NCBI GenBank assembly: GCA_026396575.1
Contig: JAPLWM010000007.1
Location: 11,546 to 75,545, forward strand
DNA: 64,000 bases
Direction: 5' to 3'
From: Candidatus Komeilibacteria bacterium
GTDB lineage: Bacteria > Patescibacteriota > Patescibacteriia > UBA1558 > UBA10009
In this document: positions 46,720 to 57,128 of the stretch, piece by piece
How positions within the stretch are numbered: position 1 is the first letter of the stretch
How the letters are laid out: every line of letters begins with the position of its first letter
Program-made: the position numbers and the translations under genes
The notes under the pieces: generated by a model
Told to the model about the DNA's origin: nothing
What the model saw: only the letters and a program-made list of their open reading frames with translations
The model's database searches: none

Positions 46720-47832
46720 ATGTCAGTGACCATAATTGTTTTTATTTTAATTTTAAGCCTTTTGATTTTTGTCCACGAGTCGGGCCATTTTTTAACGGCC
46801 AGGCAGGCCGGCATTAAAGTGGAAGAATTCGGCTTCGGCTTTCCGCCGCGGATTTGGGGCAAAAAGAAAGGCGGCACCATTTATTCCTTAAATTGGATTC
46901 CTTTGGGCGGTTTTGTAAAAATCAAAGGTGAAAACGGCGAAGACCGGCAAGACCCGGACAGTTTCGGCCACCAAGGTTTTTGGGTTAAAAGCTTGGTTTT
47001 AGCCGCCGGCGTCTTAATGAACGTGGTCTTGGCTTTTATTTTGCTTTCTTTCGGTTTTATGTTCGGTTTGCCCCAGGCCTTGGATAATTCGGATCTTAAT
47101 CAGCCCTATGTTAAAGACGTTAAAGTGCAAATTATCGCGGTGGTTAAAGATTCACCGGCCGAGCAAGCGGGCATTAAAGCCAACGACCAAATTGTCAGCC
47201 TTGGCAGGCAGGAAGTTAAAAACCAGGATCAAGTGTTAACTTACATTAAAGAGCATCAGTCTGAAGCGATTGCTTTGAGCGTTACGGAGGAAGGCCGATT
47301 AAAAGAGTTTTCGGTTAAGCCGGCTGAAGTTTCCGGTTACCCGGGCGGCAAGGCTCTGGGCCTGAATATCGTTCAAGTGGGTTTGGTCAAATACGGTTTT
47401 TGGGCCAGCTGGTATCACGGAGCCATCGTCACCGGGCTTTTGCTGGTTAAAATTATTTTGGCTTTTTACGGCCTGCTTAAAAATTTAATTATGGGCGCGG
47501 GCGTTGCTGCCGATTTATCCGGACCGGTGGGCGTTGCCGTTTTAACCGGCCAAGTTGTCGGCTTGGGCTTTGCTTACGTGATTCAGTTCGCGGCCATGCT
47601 TTCGCTTAATTTGGCCGTGATTAATTTTTTCCCGTTTCCGGCTTTGGACGGTGGCCGTTTTCTTTTCCTGGTGATTGAAAAAATAAGGCGCAAGCCCAAT
47701 AACCAGAAAATTGAAAATTTAATCCATAATTTGGGGTTCAGCCTGCTAATGCTCTTGGTGGTTTTTATCACTTACCGCGATCTGCTCCATTACGGCGGCG
47801 GCATCATTACCGCCGTTAAGGGCTGGTTTTAA
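46720..47832 (+). CDS. rseP: Site-2 (RIP) zinc metalloprotease RseP-like.
   Basis: HESGHF (HExxH) in TM1, a central PDZ domain, and the C-terminal LxLNxxP-like LSLNLAVINFFPFPALDGG. Confidence 0.8.
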   Translation: MSVTIIVFILILSLLIFVHESGHFLTARQAGIKVEEFGFGFPPRIWGKKKGGTIYSLNWIPLGGFVKIKGENGEDRQDPDSFGHQGFWVKSLVLAAGVLMNVVLAFILLSFGFMFGLPQALDNSDLNQPYVKDVKVQIIAVVKDSPAEQAGIKANDQIVSLGRQEVKNQDQVLTYIKEHQSEAIALSVTEEGRLKEFSVKPAEVSGYPGGKALGLNIVQVGLVKYGFWASWYHGAIVTGLLLVKIILAFYGLLKNLIMGAGVAADLSGPVGVAVLTGQVVGLGFAYVIQFAAMLSLNLAVINFFPFPALDGGRFLFLVIEKIRRKPNNQKIENLIHNLGFSLLMLLVVFITYRDLLHYGGGIITAVKGWF

Positions 47833-47848
47833 AATAATTTTTTCTGCC

Positions 47849-48157
47849 ATGATTTTTCAAATTTCCAAAACCAGTATCGTTACCAATTTGCGGGATATTT
47901 TGCGCAAATGCGGTTACTTCGGCTTGGCCGATCGCTTTAGCGGGCAAATCAGTTATGTTAAGCGGCTTTCCCAAAGCCAGTATTATCCCAGATTCCATTT
48001 GTATTTTACCGAAACTGAAGATAATTTTAATTTCAAATTGCACTTGGACCAGAAAAAACCCAGTTACCAGGGCAGCACGGCCCATAGCGGAGAATATAAT
48101 GATCCGATAGTGGCCGAAGAAACGGATCGGATTAAAAATATAATCAACAATCTATGA
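47849..48157 (+). CDS. Hypothetical small protein.
   Basis: 102 aa ORF stop/start-coupled to proS (ATGA). Confidence 0.35.
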   Translation: MIFQISKTSIVTNLRDILRKCGYFGLADRFSGQISYVKRLSQSQYYPRFHLYFTETEDNFNFKLHLDQKKPSYQGSTAHSGEYNDPIVAEETDRIKNIINNL

Positions 48158-49428
48158 AACAATCAAAATTATTCGGTAAAACATTAAGGGAAGCGCCTAA
48201 AGATGAAGTTAGTGCCAATGCCATCTTGCTTTCCAGGGCCGGGTTTATCCATAAGTTAATGGCCGGAGTTTACAGTTATTTGCCGCTCGGGTTTCGGGTG
48301 CTTGATAAAATTAAAAATATCGTGCGGGAAGAAATGAACGCCCTGGGCGGGCAGGAAATTTTAATGCCGGCTTTAACCCCCAAAGAATTATGGCAGGAAA
48401 CCGGCCGCTGGGAAAAATTAAAGGAAATCATGTTCCAGTTCGCCGGCGCCGGCGATCAGGCCGTGGGCTTGGCCGCCACTCACGAAGAAGTGTTGGTCAA
48501 TATCGTCAGGCGTTATTTAAGCTCTTACCGCGATTTGCCCCTTTACCTTTACCAGATTCAGGATAAATTCAGAAACGAACCGCGGGCCAAATCAGGCTTG
48601 CTCCGTGGCAGGGAATTCAGCATGAAGGATTTATACAGCTTCCACGAGAACCAAGCGGATTTGGATAATTTTTACCAGCAGGCGATCGGCGCTTACCAAA
48701 AGGTTTTTGAGCGCTGCGGCTTGATTTCAATCGTTACTGAAGCATCGGGCGGCGCTTTTACCACCGAGTATTCCCACGAATTCCAGGTAGCCACGCCTTA
48801 CGGCGAGGACGAAATTATGGTTTGCTCCGGCTGCGGTTTTGCCCAAAACAGGGAAATCTGCGCCTTTAACGATGGTGCCAAATGCCCGTCTTGCGCTAAG
48901 GCCAAATTGGCTCAAACCAAGTCCATCGAGGTGGGCAATATTTTCAAGCTGGGCACCATTTATTCCAAGCCCATGCAATTGACTTTTACCGGCGCTGATG
49001 GTAAAGAAAAGGAAGTAATCATGGGTTGTTACGGCTTAGGACCTTCCAGAGTTATGGGTTCGGTAGCGGAAGTGCATCACGATAAAGATGGCCTTATTTG
49101 GCCCAAGGAAATAACGCCTTTCCACGCTCATTTGTTGCTTTTGGATAACAAGCAGGCTGGTGCAGCTGATAAACTGTATCGGGAGCTAACATTTGCCTCC
49201 GCCAAAGGCGGATCGGCCTCTGGCCGAGGCTGGGAAATTCTTTTTGACGAACGCGTGGAATCAAGCGGCGCTAAGCTGAAAGATGCCGATTTAATAGGCA
49301 TTAGTTTGCAGCTGATTATCGGCGCCAAATCGGCTGGAGCGGTGGAATACCGCTTCCGCGATAAAAGCGAGAATGGCAAAGTTAATTTCAGCGAAGTCGA
49401 TCAATTATTAAAAAAGTTTTACCGATAA
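48154..49428 (+). CDS. proS: Proline--tRNA ligase (short form lacking the INS editing domain).
   Basis: The N-terminus matches ProRS (LSRAGFIHKLMAGVYSYLPLGFRVLDKIKNIVREEM). Class II motif 2 reads FRNEPRAKSGLLRGREFSMKDLYSF, and there is a C-terminal anticodon-binding domain. 424 aa. Confidence 0.85.
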   Translation: MKQSKLFGKTLREAPKDEVSANAILLSRAGFIHKLMAGVYSYLPLGFRVLDKIKNIVREEMNALGGQEILMPALTPKELWQETGRWEKLKEIMFQFAGAGDQAVGLAATHEEVLVNIVRRYLSSYRDLPLYLYQIQDKFRNEPRAKSGLLRGREFSMKDLYSFHENQADLDNFYQQAIGAYQKVFERCGLISIVTEASGGAFTTEYSHEFQVATPYGEDEIMVCSGCGFAQNREICAFNDGAKCPSCAKAKLAQTKSIEVGNIFKLGTIYSKPMQLTFTGADGKEKEVIMGCYGLGPSRVMGSVAEVHHDKDGLIWPKEITPFHAHLLLLDNKQAGAADKLYRELTFASAKGGSASGRGWEILFDERVESSGAKLKDADLIGISLQLIIGAKSAGAVEYRFRDKSENGKVNFSEVDQLLKKFYR

Positions 49429-49431
49429 TTT

Positions 49432-50472
49432 ATGTTCAGCAGGCTATTTAATAGATTTTCCCAGGATATCGGCATTGATTTGGGCACTTCCAATACCTTG
49501 GTTTACGTTAAGGATAAAGGCATCGTCATTAACGAGCCGTCGGTGGTGGCGATCAATACCCGCAATAACCAGGTAATTTCCATCGGCGAAGAAGCCAAAC
49601 AGATGGTGGGCAAAACGCCCGGCCATATTTTAATTTGCAAGCCTTTGGCCGGCGGAGTGATTTCCGATTTTGAAGTGACCGAAAAAATGCTCAGCCATTT
49701 TATCCGCAAGGTTCATCAGGAAAATTTCAGCTTTTCGCCTCGGCCGCGGGTAGTTATCGGCATTCCCTTGAATGTTACCGAAGTGGAGCGGAAAGCCGTG
49801 GAAGACGCCACTAAGTCGGCCGGCGCCCGGAAAGTTTTTTTAGTGGAACAGCCCTTGGCCGCGGCGATCGGCGCGCGCATTCCCATTCAGGAGCCCTCCG
49901 GCTTTATGATCGTGGATTTGGGCGGCGGCACCACCGAAGTGGCCGTAATTTCCTTGGGCGGCGTGGTTACTTTCAATTCCTTAACCGTTGCCGGCAACGA
50001 ACTGGACGAAAACATCATCCAGTATGCCCGGGAAAATTTCAATCTGCTCTTGGGCCCCAAAACCGCCGAAGAAATCAAGATTAAAATCGCCACGGTTTTG
50101 CCGGGCGGCGACAAAGAAGAAGCCTTAATGCGCGGCCGCGATTTAATTACCGGTTTGCCCAAAGAAGTGCTGGTGAGCAGTTCGCAAATCAGGGAAGCGA
50201 TTATCAGGTCGGTCAGGCAGATCGTGGAAGCCATCCGCGACACTTTGGAAAAAACTCCGCCCGAACTGGTGGCCGATATTTACCAGCGCGGTTTGCTGTT
50301 ATCCGGCGGCGGCGCCGCTTTAAAAGGCCTGGACGCTTTAATTTCGCAGGAAACCCGGATTCCCGTCCATTTAATCGACGATCCCTTAACGGCCGTGGCC
50401 CGCGGCACCGGCATTATTCTGGAAGATTTGGAAAATTTAAAAGAAGTGCTGTTGCCGTCTTCGGAAACTTAA
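49432..50472 (+). CDS. mreB: Rod shape-determining actin homolog MreB.
   Basis: [30 protein letters not shown], and the phosphate-2 block LSGGGAALKGLD. Confidence 0.9.
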   Translation: MFSRLFNRFSQDIGIDLGTSNTLVYVKDKGIVINEPSVVAINTRNNQVISIGEEAKQMVGKTPGHILICKPLAGGVISDFEVTEKMLSHFIRKVHQENFSFSPRPRVVIGIPLNVTEVERKAVEDATKSAGARKVFLVEQPLAAAIGARIPIQEPSGFMIVDLGGGTTEVAVISLGGVVTFNSLTVAGNELDENIIQYARENFNLLLGPKTAEEIKIKIATVLPGGDKEEALMRGRDLITGLPKEVLVSSSQIREAIIRSVRQIVEAIRDTLEKTPPELVADIYQRGLLLSGGGAALKGLDALISQETRIPVHLIDDPLTAVARGTGIILEDLENLKEVLLPSSET

Positions 50473-50479
50473 AAAAAGT

Positions 50480-51247
50480 ATGACCAAAAACAAAAGAAAT
50501 CGCTTGGTAACGGTGGTCGTAGTAGCAATACTACTGATTTTTTTTCATTATGCCGGCATTACCGGCTGGCTGGGGCAGCGTTTAACGCCGCTGGGCGGCA
50601 CCACCTACCGGTGGGGAAAAGCTTTAGCCGGTTTTTTCAATTATCAGGAGCTGGTTAAAGAAAATGGCTTGTTAAAAGAAGAGGCGGCTAAGTTAAGCAT
50701 CGATTATTTAAAGTTGGCGGCAATAAGCGCCGAAAACGATTATTTAAAAAAAGAATTGGCTTTTGTTTCCACTAGCCGTTATCAATATCAATTGGCTAAC
50801 GTGGTCGGCCGGCTGCCTTTAAACGAGCAGATTTTAATCATTGATCAGGGGAGTAGCGCCGGCTTAGCCGTGGGCCAGCCGGTTACGGTTAACCAGGGAG
50901 TAATCGTCGGCCGGCTGATTAAAGTGGAAGAAACGCGTTCTTCCCTTCAGCTCTTAACCGATACCAACAGCCAGCTGGCGGTAACGGCAGGTGATTTTAA
51001 GGGCACCAACGGCTTGTTAAAAGGCCAGGCCGGTAACAGTTTGCTCTTGGATTTAATTCCCCAGGATCAGGAATTAAAAATCGATGATTTGGTTATTACT
51101 TCCGGCTTGGAAGAAAAAATTCCGCGCGGGCTGCTGGTAGGCAGAATCAGCCAAATTAACCAGCTGGTCGGCCAGATTTTCAAGCAAGCCCGGGTCAACC
51201 CTTTATTCAATTATCAAAATTTGCAAATAGTCGATGTTATTAAGTGA
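50480..51247 (+). CDS. mreC: Rod shape-determining protein MreC.
   Basis: N-terminal TM helix, a coiled-coil, then a beta-rich domain with GQPVTVNQGVIVGRL and LVITSGLEEKIPRGLLVGRI. Confidence 0.7.
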   Translation: MTKNKRNRLVTVVVVAILLIFFHYAGITGWLGQRLTPLGGTTYRWGKALAGFFNYQELVKENGLLKEEAAKLSIDYLKLAAISAENDYLKKELAFVSTSRYQYQLANVVGRLPLNEQILIIDQGSSAGLAVGQPVTVNQGVIVGRLIKVEETRSSLQLLTDTNSQLAVTAGDFKGTNGLLKGQAGNSLLLDLIPQDQELKIDDLVITSGLEEKIPRGLLVGRISQINQLVGQIFKQARVNPLFNYQNLQIVDVIK

Positions 51248-51755
51248 TTTCAAGAAAAACCTGATTTTAGGCGTAGCCATTGTTTTGGGCAGCTTGGTTT
51301 TATTTTTGGTCCAGCAATTTTTTTTGGGCCTGACGGGCTTGGTTAATTTGCCGCTGGTAGCGGTAATTTTTTTCAGCTTAAAAAAATCGCCTTTGGCTTG
51401 GCCGTTGGCCGCTTTTAACGGCTGGCTGCTGGACGCGGTTTTAGGCACGGCTTTTTTTCATTTAGTCGTTTTTTTAAGCCTGGTTTTGTTAATCAGTTAT
51501 TTTACCCAAACCGTGGCGCTGGAAAATTATTTCGCCCGCTGGCTATTGATTAGCGGCAGTTTAGCGGTCGGTTTGCTGGTCGGTTATCTGATAATTTTTT
51601 TAACTTCGGCCGTGGGTTTGAATTTTTACCGATTTCTGTTTTCTTTGTCGGCGGCCGGCCTGATCGGCTATTTGGCCGTTAATTCCCTGATTATTTTTTT
51701 CTCCATGTTAATCGCGAATCAATTAACCCATCAGACCTATGCGCGGTTCTCGTGA
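51234..51755 (+). CDS. mreD: MreD-like membrane protein.
   Basis: 173 aa with 5 TM helices. It sits between mreC and mrdA and is stop/start-coupled to both. Confidence 0.5.
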   Translation: MLLSDFKKNLILGVAIVLGSLVLFLVQQFFLGLTGLVNLPLVAVIFFSLKKSPLAWPLAAFNGWLLDAVLGTAFFHLVVFLSLVLLISYFTQTVALENYFARWLLISGSLAVGLLVGYLIIFLTSAVGLNFYRFLFSLSAAGLIGYLAVNSLIIFFSMLIANQLTHQTYARFS

Positions 51756-53664
51756 CCCTTTTATTATTCCCGGAGCGGCGCCGGATAAGCGGCAAGGCAC
51801 GATTACCGATCAGTCTTTTGCCAGCGAAGTCAGCGAGGCCTTTTTAGTCGGGGAAAATACCCTATGGCTGGGCCGCCTCTTTTCACCGGTAAAACTTAGG
51901 GCCTTATTGGCGATTGTGGTATTATTTTTTTTAATTCTGGGCGGCCGCCTGTTTTATCTGCAGGTTTTAGCCGGCTCCCACTTCAGGGGCTTGGCGGAAA
52001 ATAACCGCTTAAAGGTGGAAATTTTACCGGCGGCCCGCGGCATTATTTTTGATCGCTTCAGCGTACCTTTAGTGGCCAATATTCCCACTTTTTCCCTGTT
52101 TTTCCAGCCCATGGTTTATCAGTCCCATTTAACCGCGGCGCAAAAAGAGGCCTTGCAGGCGTTTTTGTTGAGCGACCTTAATTTAAGCACTTCTTCGGTG
52201 GCCGCCTTGGTTAAAACCGAGAGCTATTTGCCCGTTCCACTTAAAGAAAATTTAAGTTATGAAGAAGCGCTTAAAACCATGTTGAAAATCAAGGAATTCA
52301 GCCCCTTAAAAATCATCATCGATCCCAAGCGGCAATACCGGGCCAACACCGCTTTGGGCAATTTACTGGGCTATGCCAGCCGAATTACCCCAGCGGAAAA
52401 AGATAAATACCTGGCTTTAAATTATCAGTTAACGGATCGGGTGGGCCGGGTCGGTTTGGAAGAATATTACCAGGACAAGCTGCACGGCCAAGACGGCCAG
52501 AAACAGATCGAGGTTGACGCTTTCGGCAGGGAAAATAAGATTGTGGCCGAGCAGCCGCCGGAGAACGGCCAGAATTTGATTTTAAGCATTGATGCCGGTT
52601 TGCAGGAAAAAATTTACCAAACCTTAAAAAGCCAAGTGCCGGGCAGAGCCGGCGCGGTAGTGGCCATGGACCCCCGAAACGGGCACGTGCGGGCTTTGGT
52701 TTCCTGGCCGACTTTTGACGGCAATCTTTTCAGCCAGGGCATTTCTATGGATAATTATCAGTCCTTGTTAGCCGACCCTCTAAAGCCGTTATACAACCGG
52801 GCGATTGCCGGCGAGTATCCTTCCGGCTCCACCATTAAATTGATCATGTCCTTGGCCGGCTTGGAAGAAAGCGTTATTAATCAAAACACGCAAGTTAACA
52901 GCGTGGGCGGCGTTTGGTATGATAAGTGGTTTTTTCCCGATTGGAAAGCCGGCGGCCATGGCTTAACCAACGTGATTAAGGCCTTGTCCGAATCTGTCAA
53001 CACTTTTTTTTATTATCTGGCTTTGGATAATCTGGACGGCCATCATGGTTTGGGTTTGGACAGAATGGTCAGTTATTTTACGCGTTTCGGCTTGGGCAAG
53101 GTTTTAGGCATCGATCTGGGTGGCGAACGGTCCGGCTTTGTGCCTACCAAGCAGTGGAAAGAACAAACTAAAGGCGAGGCATGGTATCCCGGCGATACTT
53201 TGCATTTGGCTATCGGCCAGGGCGATTTATTGGTGACGCCGCTGCAGGTAGCGTTTTATACCGGCGTGATCGCCAATGGCGGAACATTGTATCAGCCGCA
53301 ATTGGTGGAAAAAATCATTAATCCTAAAACCAGCACCGAAACGGCGATTGAACCTTGTGTTTTAGCTAAAGGCTTGGGCAGCCGCGATAATTTAGCTATC
53401 GTGGCCAGCGGTTTGCGCGCCGCCGTTACAAGCGGCAGCGCCAGAGGCTTAAACTTAGTGGGCGCGGCCGTAGCCGCCAAAACCGGCACGGCACAGGCCA
53501 ATAGTAATCAGCAGCCCCATGCTTGGGCCACCGCCTTTTTGCCCTATGATAATCCGGAGTTGGTTTTAACGGTTTTAGTGGAAAACGGCGGCGAAGGTTC
53601 GGGGGTGGCCATTCCCGTGGCCAGGGATGTTTTAACTTGGTATGTGCAAAACCGGCTTAAATAA
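51739..53664 (+). CDS. mrdA: Penicillin-binding protein 2 (elongasome transpeptidase).
   Basis: N-terminal TM helix and a dimerisation domain. Transpeptidase motifs SGSTIKL (SxxK), SESVN (SxN) and KTGTAQ (KTG). Confidence 0.85.
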   Translation: MRGSRDPFIIPGAAPDKRQGTITDQSFASEVSEAFLVGENTLWLGRLFSPVKLRALLAIVVLFFLILGGRLFYLQVLAGSHFRGLAENNRLKVEILPAARGIIFDRFSVPLVANIPTFSLFFQPMVYQSHLTAAQKEALQAFLLSDLNLSTSSVAALVKTESYLPVPLKENLSYEEALKTMLKIKEFSPLKIIIDPKRQYRANTALGNLLGYASRITPAEKDKYLALNYQLTDRVGRVGLEEYYQDKLHGQDGQKQIEVDAFGRENKIVAEQPPENGQNLILSIDAGLQEKIYQTLKSQVPGRAGAVVAMDPRNGHVRALVSWPTFDGNLFSQGISMDNYQSLLADPLKPLYNRAIAGEYPSGSTIKLIMSLAGLEESVINQNTQVNSVGGVWYDKWFFPDWKAGGHGLTNVIKALSESVNTFFYYLALDNLDGHHGLGLDRMVSYFTRFGLGKVLGIDLGGERSGFVPTKQWKEQTKGEAWYPGDTLHLAIGQGDLLVTPLQVAFYTGVIANGGTLYQPQLVEKIINPKTSTETAIEPCVLAKGLGSRDNLAIVASGLRAAVTSGSARGLNLVGAAVAAKTGTAQANSNQQPHAWATAFLPYDNPELVLTVLVENGGEGSGVAIPVARDVLTWYVQNRLK

Positions 53665-53736
53665 TGGGCTAGCTCGCCGAAGCCGTAGGCGTAGGCGAGT
53701 TGACATAACCTTAATAATTCTTTACGATAAAACCCT

Positions 53737-54195
53737 ATGAGTGATTATATTATTTTAACTCTTGAAGGCAAGAAAAAACTGGAAGAGGAGCTGAAAGAGC
53801 TTAAAACAGTTAAACGCAAGGAAATTACCGAAAAAATCGAACTGGCTAAAGAACACGGCGATTTAAGCGAAAACGCCGAATACCACGAGGCCAGGGAAGA
53901 GCAGGCCTTTGCCGAAGGCCGGATTTTGGAAATTGAACATATCCTTAAAAACGGCGTGCTGGCCGAAAGCAATAAAAACGGCAAGGTGCAGGTCGGTTCC
54001 AAAGTCAGCTTGGAAGTCGGCGGCAAAATTTTGAAATTTACCATTGTGGGTTCGCACGAAGGCGATCCCAGTTTAGGATTTTTATCCTGCGATTCGCCCA
54101 TCGGCCAAGCTATTTTGGGCAAAGCGGCAGGAGAAACCGTAACGGTGGAAACGCCCAGGGGCGATTTATTTTATAAAATCAAAACAATCAGCTAA
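53737..54195 (+). CDS. greA: Transcription elongation factor GreA.
   Basis: [16 protein letters not shown], and the acidic-tip coiled-coil [27 protein letters not shown]. Confidence 0.9.
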   Translation: MSDYIILTLEGKKKLEEELKELKTVKRKEITEKIELAKEHGDLSENAEYHEAREEQAFAEGRILEIEHILKNGVLAESNKNGKVQVGSKVSLEVGGKILKFTIVGSHEGDPSLGFLSCDSPIGQAILGKAAGETVTVETPRGDLFYKIKTIS

Positions 54196-54205
54196 GGGAT
54201 TTTTT

Positions 54206-55219
54206 ATGTTTACTAAAAAGATCGGCATTGATTTGGGCACCACTTATACCTTGGTTCATGTCCCCAAGCGGGGAATTATCATCAATGAGCCCTCGGTGGT
54301 GGCGATTTCGGTAATCGATAAAAAGGTTTTGGCCGTGGGCGAAGAAGCCAAGGATATGCTAGGCCGCACGCCAGATACCATTATTGCCCAGCGCCCTTTG
54401 CGCGACGGCGTGATTGCCGATTACAAAACCACCGAAAGCATGCTCCGGTATTTTATCAATAAAGCCATCGGCGGCGTTAAATTGTTTCGGCCAGAGGTCA
54501 TGATTGCCGTGCCCGCCGGCATTACTTCCACCGAAAAAAGGGCGGTCATCGACGCCACGGTGGCGGCCGGCGCCAAAGCCGCTTATATCATTAAAGAGCC
54601 GATTGCCGCGGCCATCGGCGCCAATATTCCCATTGGTTCGGCTTCCGGCCACATGATCGTGGATATGGGCGGCGGCACTTCGGAAATCGCCGTTATTTCT
54701 TTGGGCGGCATTGTGGCCAATACTTCCATCAGGATCGGCGGCACCAAGTTCGACGCGGCCATCGGAGAATTTATCAGGAAAAAATACGGGCTGGCCATCG
54801 GCGAAAGCACGGCCGAAGACGTAAAAATCAAGATTGGTTCGGCTATGTATTTGGAAGACGAGGAGCGTTTAAAAATGAATATCCGGGGCCGGGACATGAT
54901 TTCCGGTTTGCCTAGAACCATTGAAGTTAACTCCGATGACGTAACAGAAGCTTTGCAAAACGAGCTCCAGGGCATTATCGCGGCCGTTAAATCGGTTTTA
55001 TTCAAAACGCCGCCGGAGCTTTCGGCCGACGTGATGGATAAAGGCATGGTTTTAACCGGCGGCAGCGCGCTTTTGCGGAATATGGCCACCTTGCTTTCCC
55101 AAGCCACCGGCGTGCCGGCTTATGTGGCCGACGATGCTTTATTGTGCGTGGCCAAAGGCACGGGCGTGGCTTTGGATAATTTGGAATCTTACAAGCGGAG
55201 CATTTTATTTACCAAATAA
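54206..55219 (+). CDS. Second MreB/Mbl-family actin homolog.
   Basis: [30 protein letters not shown] and [11 protein letters not shown]. It is collinear with the first mreB. Confidence 0.85.
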   Translation: MFTKKIGIDLGTTYTLVHVPKRGIIINEPSVVAISVIDKKVLAVGEEAKDMLGRTPDTIIAQRPLRDGVIADYKTTESMLRYFINKAIGGVKLFRPEVMIAVPAGITSTEKRAVIDATVAAGAKAAYIIKEPIAAAIGANIPIGSASGHMIVDMGGGTSEIAVISLGGIVANTSIRIGGTKFDAAIGEFIRKKYGLAIGESTAEDVKIKIGSAMYLEDEERLKMNIRGRDMISGLPRTIEVNSDDVTEALQNELQGIIAAVKSVLFKTPPELSADVMDKGMVLTGGSALLRNMATLLSQATGVPAYVADDALLCVAKGTGVALDNLESYKRSILFTK

Positions 55220-55223
55220 GAAA

Positions 55224-56330
55224 ATGATTATCGGCATTGACGCTTCCCGGGCCAATCGGGAAGAAAGAACCGGCGTAGAGTGGTATTCTTATAATTTAAT
55301 CAAAGAACTGTATCAAACGGCAACCGCTGATCAGTTTTTTTTGTATCTCGATAAACCCTTAACAGGCGATTTAAAGCCGTTGCCGATTAATTTCAAGGAA
55401 AAAGTTTTAAACTGGCCGGTTAACAGATTTTGGACTTTAGGGCGTTTAACTTTGGAAATGATCGCTGCCAAACCGGATGTTTTATTCGTGCCGGCCCATA
55501 CTTTTCCTTTAATCGGAGCCAAGCGGAATATTATCACCTGGCACGATGTTGGCTACGAACGTTATCCGGAAACTTATACCAAGTGGGAATTGGCTTCATT
55601 AAAACAGGGCGCCAGGCGCGCCTTAAAAATGGCCGATAAAATTATCACGATTTCCCATTACACCAAGGCGGAAATGGTAAAAATCTACGGAGTCGATCCC
55701 GATAAAATAACAGTGATTTATCCGGGCTGTAATTTTAGCCGCTGGCAGCAGCGCCCGGAAAACGAAGTTAAGAATTTTTTAACCGAGCATAATTTAACCT
55801 TGCCTTATTTTATTTATTTGGGCCGTTTAACTTTAAGAAAAAATATCATCGGCTTAATTAAGATTTATAATCGTTTTAGGGAAAAATGCAAAACGCCCCA
55901 TAATTTATTGTTAGTGGGCGCCAGCAGCGGCCCGCAGGAAGAAATTGACAAGGAAATTTATAATTCGCCTTACCGTGAAGAAATAAAAAAAATCGGCTGG
56001 CTTAGCTCCGAGCAGTTGGCATTGTTGCTTTGCGGGGCCCAAGGTTTGGTATCCGCTTCTTTTTACGAGGGCTTCGGTTTGCCGGTTATTGAGGCGATGG
56101 CTTCGGGCGTGCCGGTTATCGTTAGTAATAGCGGCTCCTTGCCGGAAATAGTGGGTGAGGCCGGTTTATTGATCAGTGCTCATGAAGTTGATGAGTTTGC
56201 CTGCCAAATGCTGGCGGTTTTGGAAAACAGGGAGTTGCGTGCCAGTTTAATTGCCAAGGGTTTAGTAAGAGCCAAAGAATTCAGCTGGCAGCGCTGTGTT
56301 AAAGAAACTTCGGCGGTTTTAAAAGGTTAA
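55224..56330 (+). CDS. Family 4 glycosyltransferase.
   Basis: FYEGFGLPVIEAMASGVPVIVSN. The true ATG is at 55224; the extension in the ORF track overlaps the mreB paralog. Confidence 0.75.
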   Translation: MIIGIDASRANREERTGVEWYSYNLIKELYQTATADQFFLYLDKPLTGDLKPLPINFKEKVLNWPVNRFWTLGRLTLEMIAAKPDVLFVPAHTFPLIGAKRNIITWHDVGYERYPETYTKWELASLKQGARRALKMADKIITISHYTKAEMVKIYGVDPDKITVIYPGCNFSRWQQRPENEVKNFLTEHNLTLPYFIYLGRLTLRKNIIGLIKIYNRFREKCKTPHNLLLVGASSGPQEEIDKEIYNSPYREEIKKIGWLSSEQLALLLCGAQGLVSASFYEGFGLPVIEAMASGVPVIVSNSGSLPEIVGEAGLLISAHEVDEFACQMLAVLENRELRASLIAKGLVRAKEFSWQRCVKETSAVLKG

Positions 56331-56357
56331 ATTTAAAGAATATTTTATAATAATTTT

Positions 56358-57128
56358 ATGAAATTAATAACTTTAAATATTTGGGGCGGGTCAGTTTATA
56401 AACCTTTATTAAGATTTATTAAAGATAAGTCAAAAAGTATTGATATTTTTTGTTTTCAAGAAGTTTTTAGTACCACTTCCAAAAAGAAAAAAAGTGGACA
56501 AATTAGAGCCGATATTTTTCAAGCATTGCAAAAATCTTTACCTAACCACATTGGATATTTTGCGCCATCTATTAAGGGATGTGATATGGATGGCTCGGTG
56601 AATTTTAATTTATCTTTTGGTTTAGCTATTTTTATTAAAAAAAATATTAAGGTTAATAAAATTGGTGAAATCTTCGTGCATAAGCACAGAAACGCTCCGG
56701 TTAACTTTTTAGGTAATATGGCTAGGAATTTATTGTATGTTGTAGTTGAAAATATGGGTCAAGAATATTTAATCGCCAATATGCATGGACTTTGGAACCA
56801 TGGCCCTAAAACCGATACATCTGATAGGATTAAGCAATCGCAAAAAGCTAGAAAATTATTGGATAAATTTTTCGGGAAAAAATTAATTTGCGGAGATTTT
56901 AATTTACTACCCAATACAAGAAGCGTCGCTATTTTGGATAAAGGTATGGTGAATTTAGTTAAAAAGTATAAAGTTAAATCCACTCGTAATCGTTTGTATC
57001 GGCATTTTAAAGACCATCCTTTATTTGCCGATTATATTATTGTTTCTCCTGAAATTAAAGTTAAAGATTTTAAAGTTTTAAAAAATTTAGTTTCCGATCA
57101 CTCGGCTTTATTTACTGAATTTAATTAA
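56358..57128 (+). CDS. Endonuclease/exonuclease/phosphatase (EEP) family protein, encoded in a markedly AT-rich segment.
   Basis: LNIWGG, DIFCFQEV (catalytic Glu), GDFNLLPNT and SDHSALFTEF (the terminal SDH). Base composition and codon choice (TTA/AAA/ATA-rich) differ visibly from neighbouring genes. Confidence 0.75.
   Translation: MKLITLNIWGGSVYKPLLRFIKDKSKSIDIFCFQEVFSTTSKKKKSGQIRADIFQALQKSLPNHIGYFAPSIKGCDMDGSVNFNLSFGLAIFIKKNIKVNKIGEIFVHKHRNAPVNFLGNMARNLLYVVVENMGQEYLIANMHGLWNHGPKTDTSDRIKQSQKARKLLDKFFGKKLICGDFNLLPNTRSVAILDKGMVNLVKKYKVKSTRNRLYRHFKDHPLFADYIIVSPEIKVKDFKVLKNLVSDHSALFTEFN

Noticed and set aside
53665-53736. Hairpin gctcgcc...ggcgagt followed by a TTGACA -35-like box between mrdA and greA.
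   Set aside because: The stem is only 6 bp with a 15-nt loop and no U-tract. The putative -10 (TACGAT) is weak. That is insufficient to call a terminator or promoter.
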